From a virus (taxonomy: Duplodnaviria; Caudoviricetes), in IMG/VR virus record IMGVR_UViG_3300042975_000096: a stretch of DNA of 64,000 nucleotides. One strand, written 5' to 3'. The position numbers and the translations under genes are program-made. The first letter of the stretch is position 1, and each line of letters starts with the position of its first letter. The notes beneath the pieces were generated by a model. It ran no database searches, was not told the origin of the DNA, and saw nothing but the letters and a program-made list of their open reading frames with translations. Positions 1 to 9,198 of this stretch are shown piece after piece.

Positions 1-808
1 TATAATCCTCAAATATTCTAAGTCCTGTGCCGTTTACAGAAATTTCTATAAAACCATTATCTGCATCCAAACGAATCATTGCCACACAATCTTGTTTTGC
101 GCTCATTGACCCATTACTATCATCTCTATCTTGTTCCCCCGTCTTAGCCCACGCTCTTAAATCCAATTTATTACTCCAACGATTATGAATATAATTATTT
201 CCAAATCCTTTGGTTAATATTTCTCCCGGTCTTAATGGAGGATAACACATTTTATAATTTTCGTTTAAATAACCTAAAATCATCGGACGATTGTTTTTTG
301 CAAATCCAACAATTACTTTAGCACCAACCGGCGGTAAATAATTTATTCCGCACCAATTAGTCGGTCCAGACCACAAAAATGGATATGTCAAGTCAACCGT
401 CTCTCTTGTTGAAGTATTTCCCATTTCGTTTAATGTTCTATCCTCTGCATTATATGAAACATTACCATTATCAGATTTTCCCTCTCCACCTATATTTAAA
501 ATTCCACTACCTAGTCCTTCAAATCTTAAACAAACCTTACCGACATTCTCATTCACCGCATTTGTTGTGTCAAGCGGATTTAATCCAATTGGCGAAATTC
601 TATTAACAGTTGGATTATCAATTGTGGCGATTCTTAAACATATATCATAATTTTCATCTATGCTTGCTTTTTTTGTTTGACCATATTCATGTGGTATAAC
701 AGGAAGTGCTTGTGGTAACAAAATTCCCGTTTTTGACCAGTCTTCTATATCCATTTCTTGTTCTTGCGCTTTTATTTCTTCCATAGAAGTTTTTATCATA
801 ACTAACAT
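1..808 (-). CDS. Baseplate spike / gpV (gp5 OB-fold)-like protein, 3'-truncated by window edge
   Basis: Not in the ORF track; translated by hand from ATG at 808 behind an AAGGAAGG RBS. Contains GINYLPPVGAKVIVGFAKNNRPMILGY, matching the P-x-x-G-x-x-V-x-V-x-F...P-x-I-L-G pattern of gpV/gp5 OB folds. Lies downstream of the hub gene. Confidence 0.7.
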   Translation of the reverse strand, partial: MLVMIKTSMEEIKAQEQEMDIEDWSKTGILLPQALPVIPHEYGQTKKASIDENYDICLRIATIDNPTVNRISPIGLNPLDTTNAVNENVGKVCLRFEGLGSGILNIGGEGKSDNGNVSYNAEDRTLNEMGNTSTRETVDLTYPFLWSGPTNWCGINYLPPVGAKVIVGFAKNNRPMILGYLNENYKMCYPPLRPGEILTKGFGNNYIHNRWSNKLDLRAWAKTGEQDRDDSNGSMSAKQDCVAMIRLDADNGFIEISVNGTGLRIFEDY

Positions 809-831
809 TTCCTTCCTTATATATACTCTCT

Positions 832-866
832 AAAAAAAGAATACATCAATTTATTTGATGTATTCT
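832..866 (-). terminator. Intrinsic terminator
   Basis: AGAATACATCAA/TTGATGTATTCT stem followed by a T7 run on the minus strand, just after the 873 stop. Confidence 0.75.
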
Positions 867-872
867 AATCAA

Positions 873-1352
873 CTATTTTTTCAGTTTTTTCTTAACAACA
901 TCTTTTGCCTTTTTTGAAGCTTCTTTAACCTTTGTTTCAACTGCTTTTTTTGCAGAATCTTCTATTTTTTTCTTTGCCTTAAATGCGTTAAAATTATCAA
1001 TCTGCGCATTAGCACTTTCAATGTTTTTTACTGAATCTGTAATACTAGACATCGCTTTCGATATACCTGCAATATTTCCACCTCGTAAAGCACTAACGGC
1101 TGATACAATATTTTTTACATTTTTGACCGTAGATATAATGCCTTTTATGGAATTTATTTTTGCTTTATTTGCATCTATTTTTCCTTTTATATCATTAACC
1201 GTGCCTTTGATTTTGTCTATTAAACTAGAAGCCTTTTTTTTAGTATCACTTACTCCAGCCTTTTTATCAACTTGTGATTTTGCAGCTTCCACTTGTTCTT
1301 TTTCTTTGTTTTGTATAGTTTGCGCTATTGTTTTTGGCGTTTGGTCAGCCAT
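873..1352 (-). CDS. Lys/Ala-rich helical hypothetical protein, probable paralog of 1365..2117
   Basis: ORF with GGAG RBS; shares KGK(I/V)D..K.KIN..KG(I/L)-like segment and composition with the neighbour; inside baseplate region. Confidence 0.6.
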   Translation of the reverse strand: MADQTPKTIAQTIQNKEKEQVEAAKSQVDKKAGVSDTKKKASSLIDKIKGTVNDIKGKIDANKAKINSIKGIISTVKNVKNIVSAVSALRGGNIAGISKAMSSITDSVKNIESANAQIDNFNAFKAKKKIEDSAKKAVETKVKEASKKAKDVVKKKLKK

Positions 1353-1364
1353 ATCATCACTCCG

Positions 1365-2117
1365 TTATAATTTTGTAGGTTTAATATTTGCTTTATTCAT
1401 ATTGTCTGTAATAGTTTTATTCATTTTGGCAATCATTTTATTGGAATATTCCTTAACTGCTTCTGATTCCACCTTTGATTGTAATGGCATCTTTTTTAAC
1501 ATTTTTTCAGAATATTCTGCAACAGTTGCAGCATTTTTTGCTTTTTCTTCTGCTGTTGTTGAATCATATTCTTTATATGTAGCTGATGTAGCATTAGCAT
1601 TTCCTGTTTTTCCTTTATAATTGGGGTCTATAGCTTTTATGCTTGCATCATTTTCTACTGAACCAGACTTTGACTGCTTAGACACTAAAGCCAATGCACT
1701 TGAGCCTGTTTTGATTGCATTAGCAATACCAGTCATTAATGCTGCCGTTGCTGCAACTTTTGTTAAAACTCCTAATGCCGGGACTTTTTGTAATTTGCCT
1801 ATAAGTTTTCCCATAACATTTGAAGCTAATACACCTAACGCTCCAGAAATAACTCCACCCAATCCGCCATTCAACAATCCTTTTGCTTTATTTATCTTAT
1901 CTTTTGCATCATTTAGCTTGTTTTTTGCATCATCAACTTTTCCCTTTACGTTATTTATTGTGCTTGTTACTTTTGCGGTTACGTTGCTTGTTGCATTTTT
2001 AACAACATCTGTTCCTTTTTTTATCGCTTCTGTTTTTGCTTTATTTGCTAATTGATTAGCTTTACTTTTTATTTCTGCACTTTTACTGTTTTTTGCTCTG
2101 CTATCACTAACTGACAT
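1365..2117 (-). CDS. Lys/Ala-rich helical protein with central Gly-rich hydrophobic segment (probable virion/baseplate-associated)
   Basis: ORF with AGGTG RBS; hydrophobic stretch GLLNGGLGGVISGALGVLAS...VLTKVAATAALMTGIA. Confidence 0.6.
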   Translation of the reverse strand: MSVSDSRAKNSKSAEIKSKANQLANKAKTEAIKKGTDVVKNATSNVTAKVTSTINNVKGKVDDAKNKLNDAKDKINKAKGLLNGGLGGVISGALGVLASNVMGKLIGKLQKVPALGVLTKVAATAALMTGIANAIKTGSSALALVSKQSKSGSVENDASIKAIDPNYKGKTGNANATSATYKEYDSTTAEEKAKNAATVAEYSEKMLKKMPLQSKVESEAVKEYSNKMIAKMNKTITDNMNKANIKPTKL

Positions 2118-2123
2118 AATTTA

Positions 2124-5100
2124 TCACCTAAAATAAAAATTCAATTTATACATATCTAAATTAACATTATAATCCTTTGCAAGTTTTGCACATTGAGCTG
2201 TTGCGGTATCACCTAGTTGATTCATTTTTTTCCCTAAACTAGCATTAAATCCATAATCCGTTGCTTCTTGTGTTTTTAACCAACCGTCTGGAGGATTTTT
2301 ACCATATTGTTTCTTATACAATGCAATTGCATATGATTTACTCCTTGCAAAATTAACCTTGACCATTTGATATTCTGACGTTAACGATTGCAAATCCTTC
2401 CATTCTGATGAACTTGCTAACAACTTTTGGTTTTTAATACTATTAAACTTATCCTCAACACCATTTTGCCTGTCAAGATTACTAGTTCCGCTATCCGATG
2501 CCATTTCTTGCGCAACACTTGTTGCTGATTGTTGTTCAACCTGTTTGTTATTACCTGTCTGTTGGTCTTCTTTACTTGTTGTTTGCGATTTTTCTTCTTG
2601 TTTTGAACTAGTTTTTTCACTATTAGTCGTTCTTGCATTTTTTGCTTCACTTGTATCAACGGTTTTTATGGTTTTTGCCTGACTTCCTGTTTCTTTTGTA
2701 ATCACTGAATCATATGTTCCATCTTTTATTGAATTCGTAATTGTATCAGTTACTTCCAATTTACCTTCCACATTATATTGTTTTCCATTTGTTACTTCAT
2801 TTGTTGAGCTGTCAAAATCACCAACAATGCAACTCGTACTTACAATCTTTCCCTTAACCGCATCACTATATCTTTCTGTTGTGGTAATAGCTTTTTCCTT
2901 ACCATTCTTATCAACTATTTTTTTAGTTATCGTTTTTTCACTCAACATATCATCTGCAATTCTTTCAGTTGAAGTTTCGACAACATTACCGTTTGAATCT
3001 TTGATTATTTTTTTTCTTATGCTATTAGCATTATCAATTTTCTCAACATATTCAGTTACAGCATTGTCCCCATCTTTATATTCATATTTGGTAATATTTC
3101 TCCCATCATATTTTTCTTTTTCATCAGCCGTCAAATCCTTTTTATCGCTTTTACTTTCAGGGAAAGCATTATCTGCACCAATATCAAGAACATTAGGTAT
3201 TACAATTGATTTACCTTGTTGTTGTTGCAATTCCAACTCAAATTGAGTATAACTTATTTCCAAAGAACTTCCAAAAACTTCTGTATTTAATGCAATAATC
3301 GCGTGCATTAATTCTTCCGCTAATAACTGCGCCCTTGTTGCTTTTGGAGCAGATACTTGAAAATCTGGTGATTTCTCAGCAAAATCCTTCCTATCTGCAA
3401 CATTTCTAAATTCACTTCTTGCGCCTTTATCTGTAGCTTCTTTTTGCATTAAATATGTTATACATCCTTCAGCATGTTCTTTATATGATTCTACGCCACC
3501 GTTTGTAACATTTGCTGTGGTTTCAGAATCCCAAATAAAATCTTTATCTGTAGGAGTCTTTTTTAAAAATACCCACGCCGTTTTATCATTATCATATAAA
3601 TAATATTTAAATTCATACAATAATTTTCCTTTACCATCAATCATTTGATAGCATTTTCCTGTAACTTCTGAGGTTCTTTTCACCCAACCATCAGCATAAG
3701 TTTTCTTATCCCAGGCATTTTTATCCTTCAAAACAATTGTTGAATTTTCGTCAGGAACAGCTTCACTTGCTACTTCTTTCGGTGATAATTGACTTTCCGA
3801 CAAATCTACTTTATAAACCGCACCTAATATTACCATCAACGTATCACCAGGTAACACCAAATGTGATTGTGTATTTTTATCATATTTTAAACGTATTGCC
3901 TGTAATTTACCTAAGTCAGGACAATATCCCAACATTGGGTCATAATACGTTTTATATAATAACAGCATATGGTCTATACATGAAGGTTTACCCATCATTC
4001 TTCCGCAAGTTAATGTCAATGTCATAGTCGATTCTTTTGCAACACCAATACTTCTAGAAATTTGTTCAACATAATATATTGATTGTGCATTTGTTGTCAT
4101 TGCCAACTGACTTGCTTTAACCCCATTATAAGAAGAATGCATTTGAGTAGCAGCACTAATTGATTGGTTCAAATCTCCACCAGGTTTTACATCCACTAAA
4201 TCTGTTTCTGTATTTTTTGATTTATCCCCTGCTTTTGCATCAGTTGCTGGTTTTGTATTTTTATCTGTTTGAGAATCATTATTTTTATCATTTTTTGCTG
4301 ATTCAGTCGCGGTTTTATCTGCTGTTGTTTTTGTTGATTTTTGGCTATTTTCATTGGTTTTTGTAACAGTACCTTCTGTCGTAACCGCTGTTCCTGTCGT
4401 AGCATTAACAGTGGTCGTTTTTTCAACTGCTTTTGGTTTACCATTTTCACTTTCCTGTTTTACGCTAGATTTTTCTAACTGCTGGAAAGAATCCCATACA
4501 GGTTTTAATGAAGTGGAAGTTGTTTCCGCAAAAGTACCTGAATTTCCGTTTCTACCATTTGCAATTAACGTACTTTCCATTGCACTTTTTTCTGTTTGTG
4601 GATAAATTGGATTGTCTGGATGTTCATCATATGCAAAGAAACGAACTGGATTGCCAATTTTTATAAATGAATCTTCAATCATATTCATGGTTGCAGAATT
4701 TCTTCTAGCCAAAGAATTCGCAACCATCATAAATGCCAACATATGTGCATTTTCTTTATTACCCATATATGGAAAAGTAATAGTGTTTGGCATTGGTCTA
4801 CAACCAAAACGAATCATAGACGGAATATCAGGGAACACCCTACGCAATTGTTCTACTGGTCCACCTTTATCGAAAACACCAAAATCTCCCTCAATATTAA
4901 CTTCATACATATTATAAATTCCTTTATCTGTATCAGTTAAACTGAAAGACATAATATATTCTTGTGGTATTTCAGGAATAAGCGCATCTGTTAATTCAGA
5001 TAACGTATTATCATAATAACTTCTAGTAACATTATCGTATTGTTCTTGTGTTTCAGGCGGTAATGAAGAATCTTTTGTTTTGCCATCCTTTGACGATTCT

Positions 5101-7412
5101 AAAGTAAAATATCCACTTTTTTTTGCTTTAGCTCTTAACACAGATATACTATCGGTATTATTATAATTTATCTGTAATGTTCTACCAACAAAACGATATA
5201 AATCAGAAGCATTTGACTCCGTTAGATTTGAGCCACCATCTGTTGGATGCTGAAAAACTGTGGCATTTGAACTAATTATTTCAGGATATCTATTGCCATC
5301 ATTTAAATATGTTGCAGCTAAATTCCATAAGGTATCTCCCTCAACAATTACATGAGTTGCAAATGCATTTCCAGTTCCACCTGTACTTTTTTCATTAGAA
5401 ACATACGTAGCTAATTCATTCGTCTCTACAGAACCACTCATCATTTCCGCACCTTTTTGTGGCAATCCTCCAGTATGTGCCAATACTGTAGCTGATGCTT
5501 TTGCTTTTAAATATTCTGCATATTCAGGCGTTATTTTCTTTACTTTTTTATTAACGTCTTCTGAACCATTATCAGTTTTTACACCTTTTTTCTTATCTGA
5601 TTCTGCTTTTTCTTCTGCCTGTTTTTCTTCTTTTTTAACTAAATATGTTTTTGAATTAACTGCGAAATATTGCTGAACATCATCAATTTTAACTTGGTCT
5701 AATAATCCACCTTCTAACTGATTTAACCCCATATTATTTTTAACTAATGCATTTACCCCCAATGCATAATTTGGGCATTTCAAAACAATATTTCCTTCTT
5801 CATCAGCAAAAAATTCTAACAACAATTTCTTTGCAGCTTTATTACATTCCTGCAATCTTTTCTCCATAGTTGCAGTAAATAATGACTCTGAACTTGTTTG
5901 TTTTAATTGATAAGTAAACGGAGGGAACTGAATATTTTCAATTCTATCTTTTAAATACCATGTAGGTATACCTGCATCTAAACACAATCTTCGAATAATC
6001 CAACTTACTGGTTTACCTGCAAATACATTGGTTAATGCCAAATTTCTCCATGAATATCTTAATGCCTCTTTTTGTTCATCCGAAGCCTTTCCTGCACTTT
6101 CAACCCCTAAATGCTGTGCAACCGCATATGGATTAAACAATTCAAACGTTCCAAAGTGTTTTGTATCTTGTGCAGAAAATCTCAAATCTAAACCATTTGA
6201 GCCTGATGCTCCAGGTGTCATTGAAGGGTTCATTGTTACATATGATAAATCTAATAATTTCAGCTGGTCTGACCCAGTAATACTAATTGTACATCCTGCT
6301 GTTTTACCTGAACTATGAGTTTTGGTAACTGCATCAATATAACCAAAAAATATTTGATTCATTTTGAAATCGCCCGTAGCACTATCTCTTTCAAAATTAG
6401 ATTTTCCATATACCCAAATTTCATCCATTGGTTCCCAGTCACATTTTTCGGCAACCTTCCATCCACTTACTTGATGGTTTTCACCTAATCCCTCATTTTT
6501 GTTACCGTCAGTGTCTCCAGCATTTTGTCCTTGTGTTAATGGCAAAATTAATTCATATTTATCTCCATTCGGTTGTGTTACATAAACCGTTCCTGTAATG
6601 CCATCATCATTTTTTCTTGTTTTGAATGTTGCTCCACCTAATGATTTACCATCATCGCGATTCCAAAAAGATTCACCAGTCTTATTTGCTTGTGCCAATA
6701 CATCTTCATTATTTTTTACCTGGGTTGCATCTGTTGTTGTTCCCATAGAACTAGGATTAGCAACATCTTTTGCTAATTGCGCATTATTATCAGGGAATTC
6801 ACCACTAACCATTGTACTTAATGTTGGCGTTCCTGCTGAAACAACAGAACTATGTTCATAACAAAAAACTCTTTCTGCCCCTTGTAAATCAATCTGACAA
6901 GTACCCATTGAACCAGCAATACTATGCGACGTTCTTAATGCAGTAAAATTATCTAATTTATATGTACGAACATAATGTCCATCACCAATTTGACCTGCCT
7001 CATCGCCTTTTTGCAATGTCATGTTAACTTGTGCATTTGCTGCATAAAATAATTTTTTCCTGATTAATACTACATAATCCTGTTTAAAATTAACAATCTT
7101 TATATTGCCTGTTCCAGAAGCGTATTGCATTTGAGTACCTTCTAGAATTTGCGGATAATCATATTTTTTAAAATTTGCTCCAGAAAGTATATTTTTTGAC
7201 ATTGACCATACTTCTGAGCCAGCAACCTCCCCCGGATTTGAAAAGTCTTCGTCATTTAATACCTTCGGCTGGCTATCAGAAGTCTGTTCTTTTGCTTTTG
7301 CTTCCGCATCTTGCTTATTTTTTGCAGGGTCAGAATTTTTTTTTGTATCCGTTTTTGTTTTATCAGTTGTTGTACCAGTTGTTGTATCAGTATTTTTATT
7401 TTCTTCTGCCAA
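2124..7412 (-). CDS. Large baseplate hub-like protein (gp27/gpD-type, inferred) with LysM domain(s)
   Basis: TTG start behind GGGAG. Hub-like motifs IFFGYIDAVTK..TISITGSDQLKLL, LEFFADEEGNIVLK, IKIGNPV, IYYVEQISRSI..TMTLTL. LysM HVIVEGDTLWNLAATYLNDGNRYPEI (~5165-5358) and LysM-like HLVLPGDTL (~3800-3870). Located between tube-initiator-like gene and spike. Confidence 0.7.
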   Translation of the reverse strand: MAEENKNTDTTTGTTTDKTKTDTKKNSDPAKNKQDAEAKAKEQTSDSQPKVLNDEDFSNPGEVAGSEVWSMSKNILSGANFKKYDYPQILEGTQMQYASGTGNIKIVNFKQDYVVLIRKKLFYAANAQVNMTLQKGDEAGQIGDGHYVRTYKLDNFTALRTSHSIAGSMGTCQIDLQGAERVFCYEHSSVVSAGTPTLSTMVSGEFPDNNAQLAKDVANPSSMGTTTDATQVKNNEDVLAQANKTGESFWNRDDGKSLGGATFKTRKNDDGITGTVYVTQPNGDKYELILPLTQGQNAGDTDGNKNEGLGENHQVSGWKVAEKCDWEPMDEIWVYGKSNFERDSATGDFKMNQIFFGYIDAVTKTHSSGKTAGCTISITGSDQLKLLDLSYVTMNPSMTPGASGSNGLDLRFSAQDTKHFGTFELFNPYAVAQHLGVESAGKASDEQKEALRYSWRNLALTNVFAGKPVSWIIRRLCLDAGIPTWYLKDRIENIQFPPFTYQLKQTSSESLFTATMEKRLQECNKAAKKLLLEFFADEEGNIVLKCPNYALGVNALVKNNMGLNQLEGGLLDQVKIDDVQQYFAVNSKTYLVKKEEKQAEEKAESDKKKGVKTDNGSEDVNKKVKKITPEYAEYLKAKASATVLAHTGGLPQKGAEMMSGSVETNELATYVSNEKSTGGTGNAFATHVIVEGDTLWNLAATYLNDGNRYPEIISSNATVFQHPTDGGSNLTESNASDLYRFVGRTLQINYNNTDSISVLRAKAKKSGYFTLESSKDGKTKDSSLPPETQEQYDNVTRSYYDNTLSELTDALIPEIPQEYIMSFSLTDTDKGIYNMYEVNIEGDFGVFDKGGPVEQLRRVFPDIPSMIRFGCRPMPNTITFPYMGNKENAHMLAFMMVANSLARRNSATMNMIEDSFIKIGNPVRFFAYDEHPDNPIYPQTEKSAMESTLIANGRNGNSGTFAETTSTSLKPVWDSFQQLEKSSVKQESENGKPKAVEKTTTVNATTGTAVTTEGTVTKTNENSQKSTKTTADKTATESAKNDKNNDSQTDKNTKPATDAKAGDKSKNTETDLVDVKPGGDLNQSISAATQMHSSYNGVKASQLAMTTNAQSIYYVEQISRSIGVAKESTMTLTLTCGRMMGKPSCIDHMLLLYKTYYDPMLGYCPDLGKLQAIRLKYDKNTQSHLVLPGDTLMVILGAVYKVDLSESQLSPKEVASEAVPDENSTIVLKDKNAWDKKTYADGWVKRTSEVTGKCYQMIDGKGKLLYEFKYYLYDNDKTAWVFLKKTPTDKDFIWDSETTANVTNGGVESYKEHAEGCITYLMQKEATDKGARSEFRNVADRKDFAEKSPDFQVSAPKATRAQLLAEELMHAIIALNTEVFGSSLEISYTQFELELQQQQGKSIVIPNVLDIGADNAFPESKSDKKDLTADEKEKYDGRNITKYEYKDGDNAVTEYVEKIDNANSIRKKIIKDSNGNVVETSTERIADDMLSEKTITKKIVDKNGKEKAITTTERYSDAVKGKIVSTSCIVGDFDSSTNEVTNGKQYNVEGKLEVTDTITNSIKDGTYDSVITKETGSQAKTIKTVDTSEAKNARTTNSEKTSSKQEEKSQTTSKEDQQTGNNKQVEQQSATSVAQEMASDSGTSNLDRQNGVEDKFNSIKNQKLLASSSEWKDLQSLTSEYQMVKVNFARSKSYAIALYKKQYGKNPPDGWLKTQEATDYGFNASLGKKMNQLGDTATAQCAKLAKDYNVNLDMYKLNFYFR

Positions 7413-7430
7413 AAAAATCTACTCCCTTCA

Positions 7431-9158
7431 TTAATTTGTCTTAGTTGCACTTCCACCTTGTGTTGGTGGTGTTGTGTTTGTAGAGCTACTTGTTGATGTA
7501 CTTGCTGATGTACTTGCTGATGCGCTTGCTGCTGATGCGCTTGCTGCTGATGCGCTTGAACTTGTATTTTGGGTTGATTTATCACTCTTCGGTGTAAATA
7601 AATTATTCATCACCGTACCTGCCAATACTGTTGTAAATAAATTACGCAATGAAGCACCACCGCCAGTAGCAGTCGTTGAAGTTAAATCAGGCTTATCTAC
7701 TTTTACTTGTCGTGTAACCGTAAATTGCATTTCATAATAAATCAATGGCGTTTCTGCTGATTTATTATAAGAAAACGAATCAAAATGACCAATATAAATT
7801 CTATCATCAAAATAAATAATTACCTGTCTAGGTCTATACGCATCCGTCAATTGGTCTTCTATATCTGACCAATTCGTTGCTGCCCTATTATGGTCAATTG
7901 TATGTTGCGCATTATAAGCTTGCACGGTACTAACCACATTATTTAATTCAGTTGCAGTCATGTTACCTAATGTATAATAATTTCCGCTAGTTGCTTTCAT
8001 TGGAAATGCAGTATCTTTTGCTCCTGTAAAATTACCCGTTAGCATTTGTAATACACCAGTTAATAAATTACCTGTTCCACCATTCATTTGAGTCATAATG
8101 GATTTTAAATTATCATTTCTAGCACTACCACCAAATAAACCAAGAACTAAATCTGCTGCAATACTACTAGTAATTGCAGAAGATGTTGTACCCATTCCTG
8201 TCTGTAATTCTTTAAGAACCACATTAAACATTCCTTTGAAATTAGTAGCATCGCCTGTTGTATCCGCTGCTGCTTTCATTAAATTTGTTAAATTCGTTGA
8301 AGTGCTTGCTGTTTGTGCAGTCTGATTATATAATCCACTCAAATTTAATCCAGCATTTGCAACTGCGTTAAATAAATTTGCATTACTTTTTGCATTAGCT
8401 GTTTTTGTTCCAAATATTTTTGCACCCAAAGAACGGTTAGGGTCTCCTGTATAACCTAACCATTCTGAAGTAGCCCCCATAACTTTTCCTAAATATTTTG
8501 ATATTGGAGATTTACTTCCTTTAAGTGAATCTAACATTCCTGTTAACGAATCAGATATTGAAGCACTTTTTGCAGATGAAGAACCACTTAAACTTGTTAT
8601 TTGATTTGTATGTACCGTTGATACACTAATATTCTGATATTTTAACAATGCACCAGAATTATGATACACTTCTTCCAAAGCTTCAATCCCTTTCATTGAA
8701 GCATATCCTACCGTACCACTTAATTTCAAAGTCCAAACATCATCTCCATAATGATGGAAATAAATTCCTCCACGTGTATACACTTTTTGTTTTACCTTTG
8801 CTGTTGTTATACTTAACTTAGACGGATTTATATACATAACAATCTCTTTCTTTTCTGTTGGAGTTTGATAGTATTCTAATGACATAGGAACACGTTCTTT
8901 TAATGACATATATCTATCAGCTGCCATTTGTGCAGCGCCTAAATTACTTGTAACATAATTGTTATATCTAGAAAAATGTTCCATATATGTTTTTGTATTA
9001 ACAACCGTTGATAAATTGCCGACAATTGTTCCTGGAATATTAATAGCCGAGCTTATATTGTTTGTTCCACTACTTGTTGAGGAATCATCTTTTCTTAATG
9101 CATTTGATAACAATATTGTACCAACATTTGCTAAAATATTATAATCCAACTTCTTCAC
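7431..9158 (-). CDS. Tail tube initiator / baseplate protein (gp48/gp54/gpU-like fold) with large internal insertion
   Basis: MYINPSKLSIT...HYGDDVWTLKLSG and YIGHFDSFSY...YYEMQFTV resemble the two halves of tube-initiator folds; directly follows the last TMP. True start may be TTG at 9149 (AGGTG RBS). Confidence 0.6.
   Translation of the reverse strand: MKKLDYNILANVGTILLSNALRKDDSSTSSGTNNISSAINIPGTIVGNLSTVVNTKTYMEHFSRYNNYVTSNLGAAQMAADRYMSLKERVPMSLEYYQTPTEKKEIVMYINPSKLSITTAKVKQKVYTRGGIYFHHYGDDVWTLKLSGTVGYASMKGIEALEEVYHNSGALLKYQNISVSTVHTNQITSLSGSSSAKSASISDSLTGMLDSLKGSKSPISKYLGKVMGATSEWLGYTGDPNRSLGAKIFGTKTANAKSNANLFNAVANAGLNLSGLYNQTAQTASTSTNLTNLMKAAADTTGDATNFKGMFNVVLKELQTGMGTTSSAITSSIAADLVLGLFGGSARNDNLKSIMTQMNGGTGNLLTGVLQMLTGNFTGAKDTAFPMKATSGNYYTLGNMTATELNNVVSTVQAYNAQHTIDHNRAATNWSDIEDQLTDAYRPRQVIIYFDDRIYIGHFDSFSYNKSAETPLIYYEMQFTVTRQVKVDKPDLTSTTATGGGASLRNLFTTVLAGTVMNNLFTPKSDKSTQNTSSSASAASASAASASASTSASTSTSSSTNTTPPTQGGSATKTN
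7488..7558. repeat. In-frame tandem repeats (15-bp GCTGATGCGCTTGCT about x3; 12-bp GATGTACTTGCT-type x2) encoding SASAASASAASASASTSASTS
   Basis: Directly visible in sequence. Confidence 0.85.
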
Positions 9159-9198
9159 CTACCTATAAAAACAATACAGTAAAAAATAAAATTAATGA

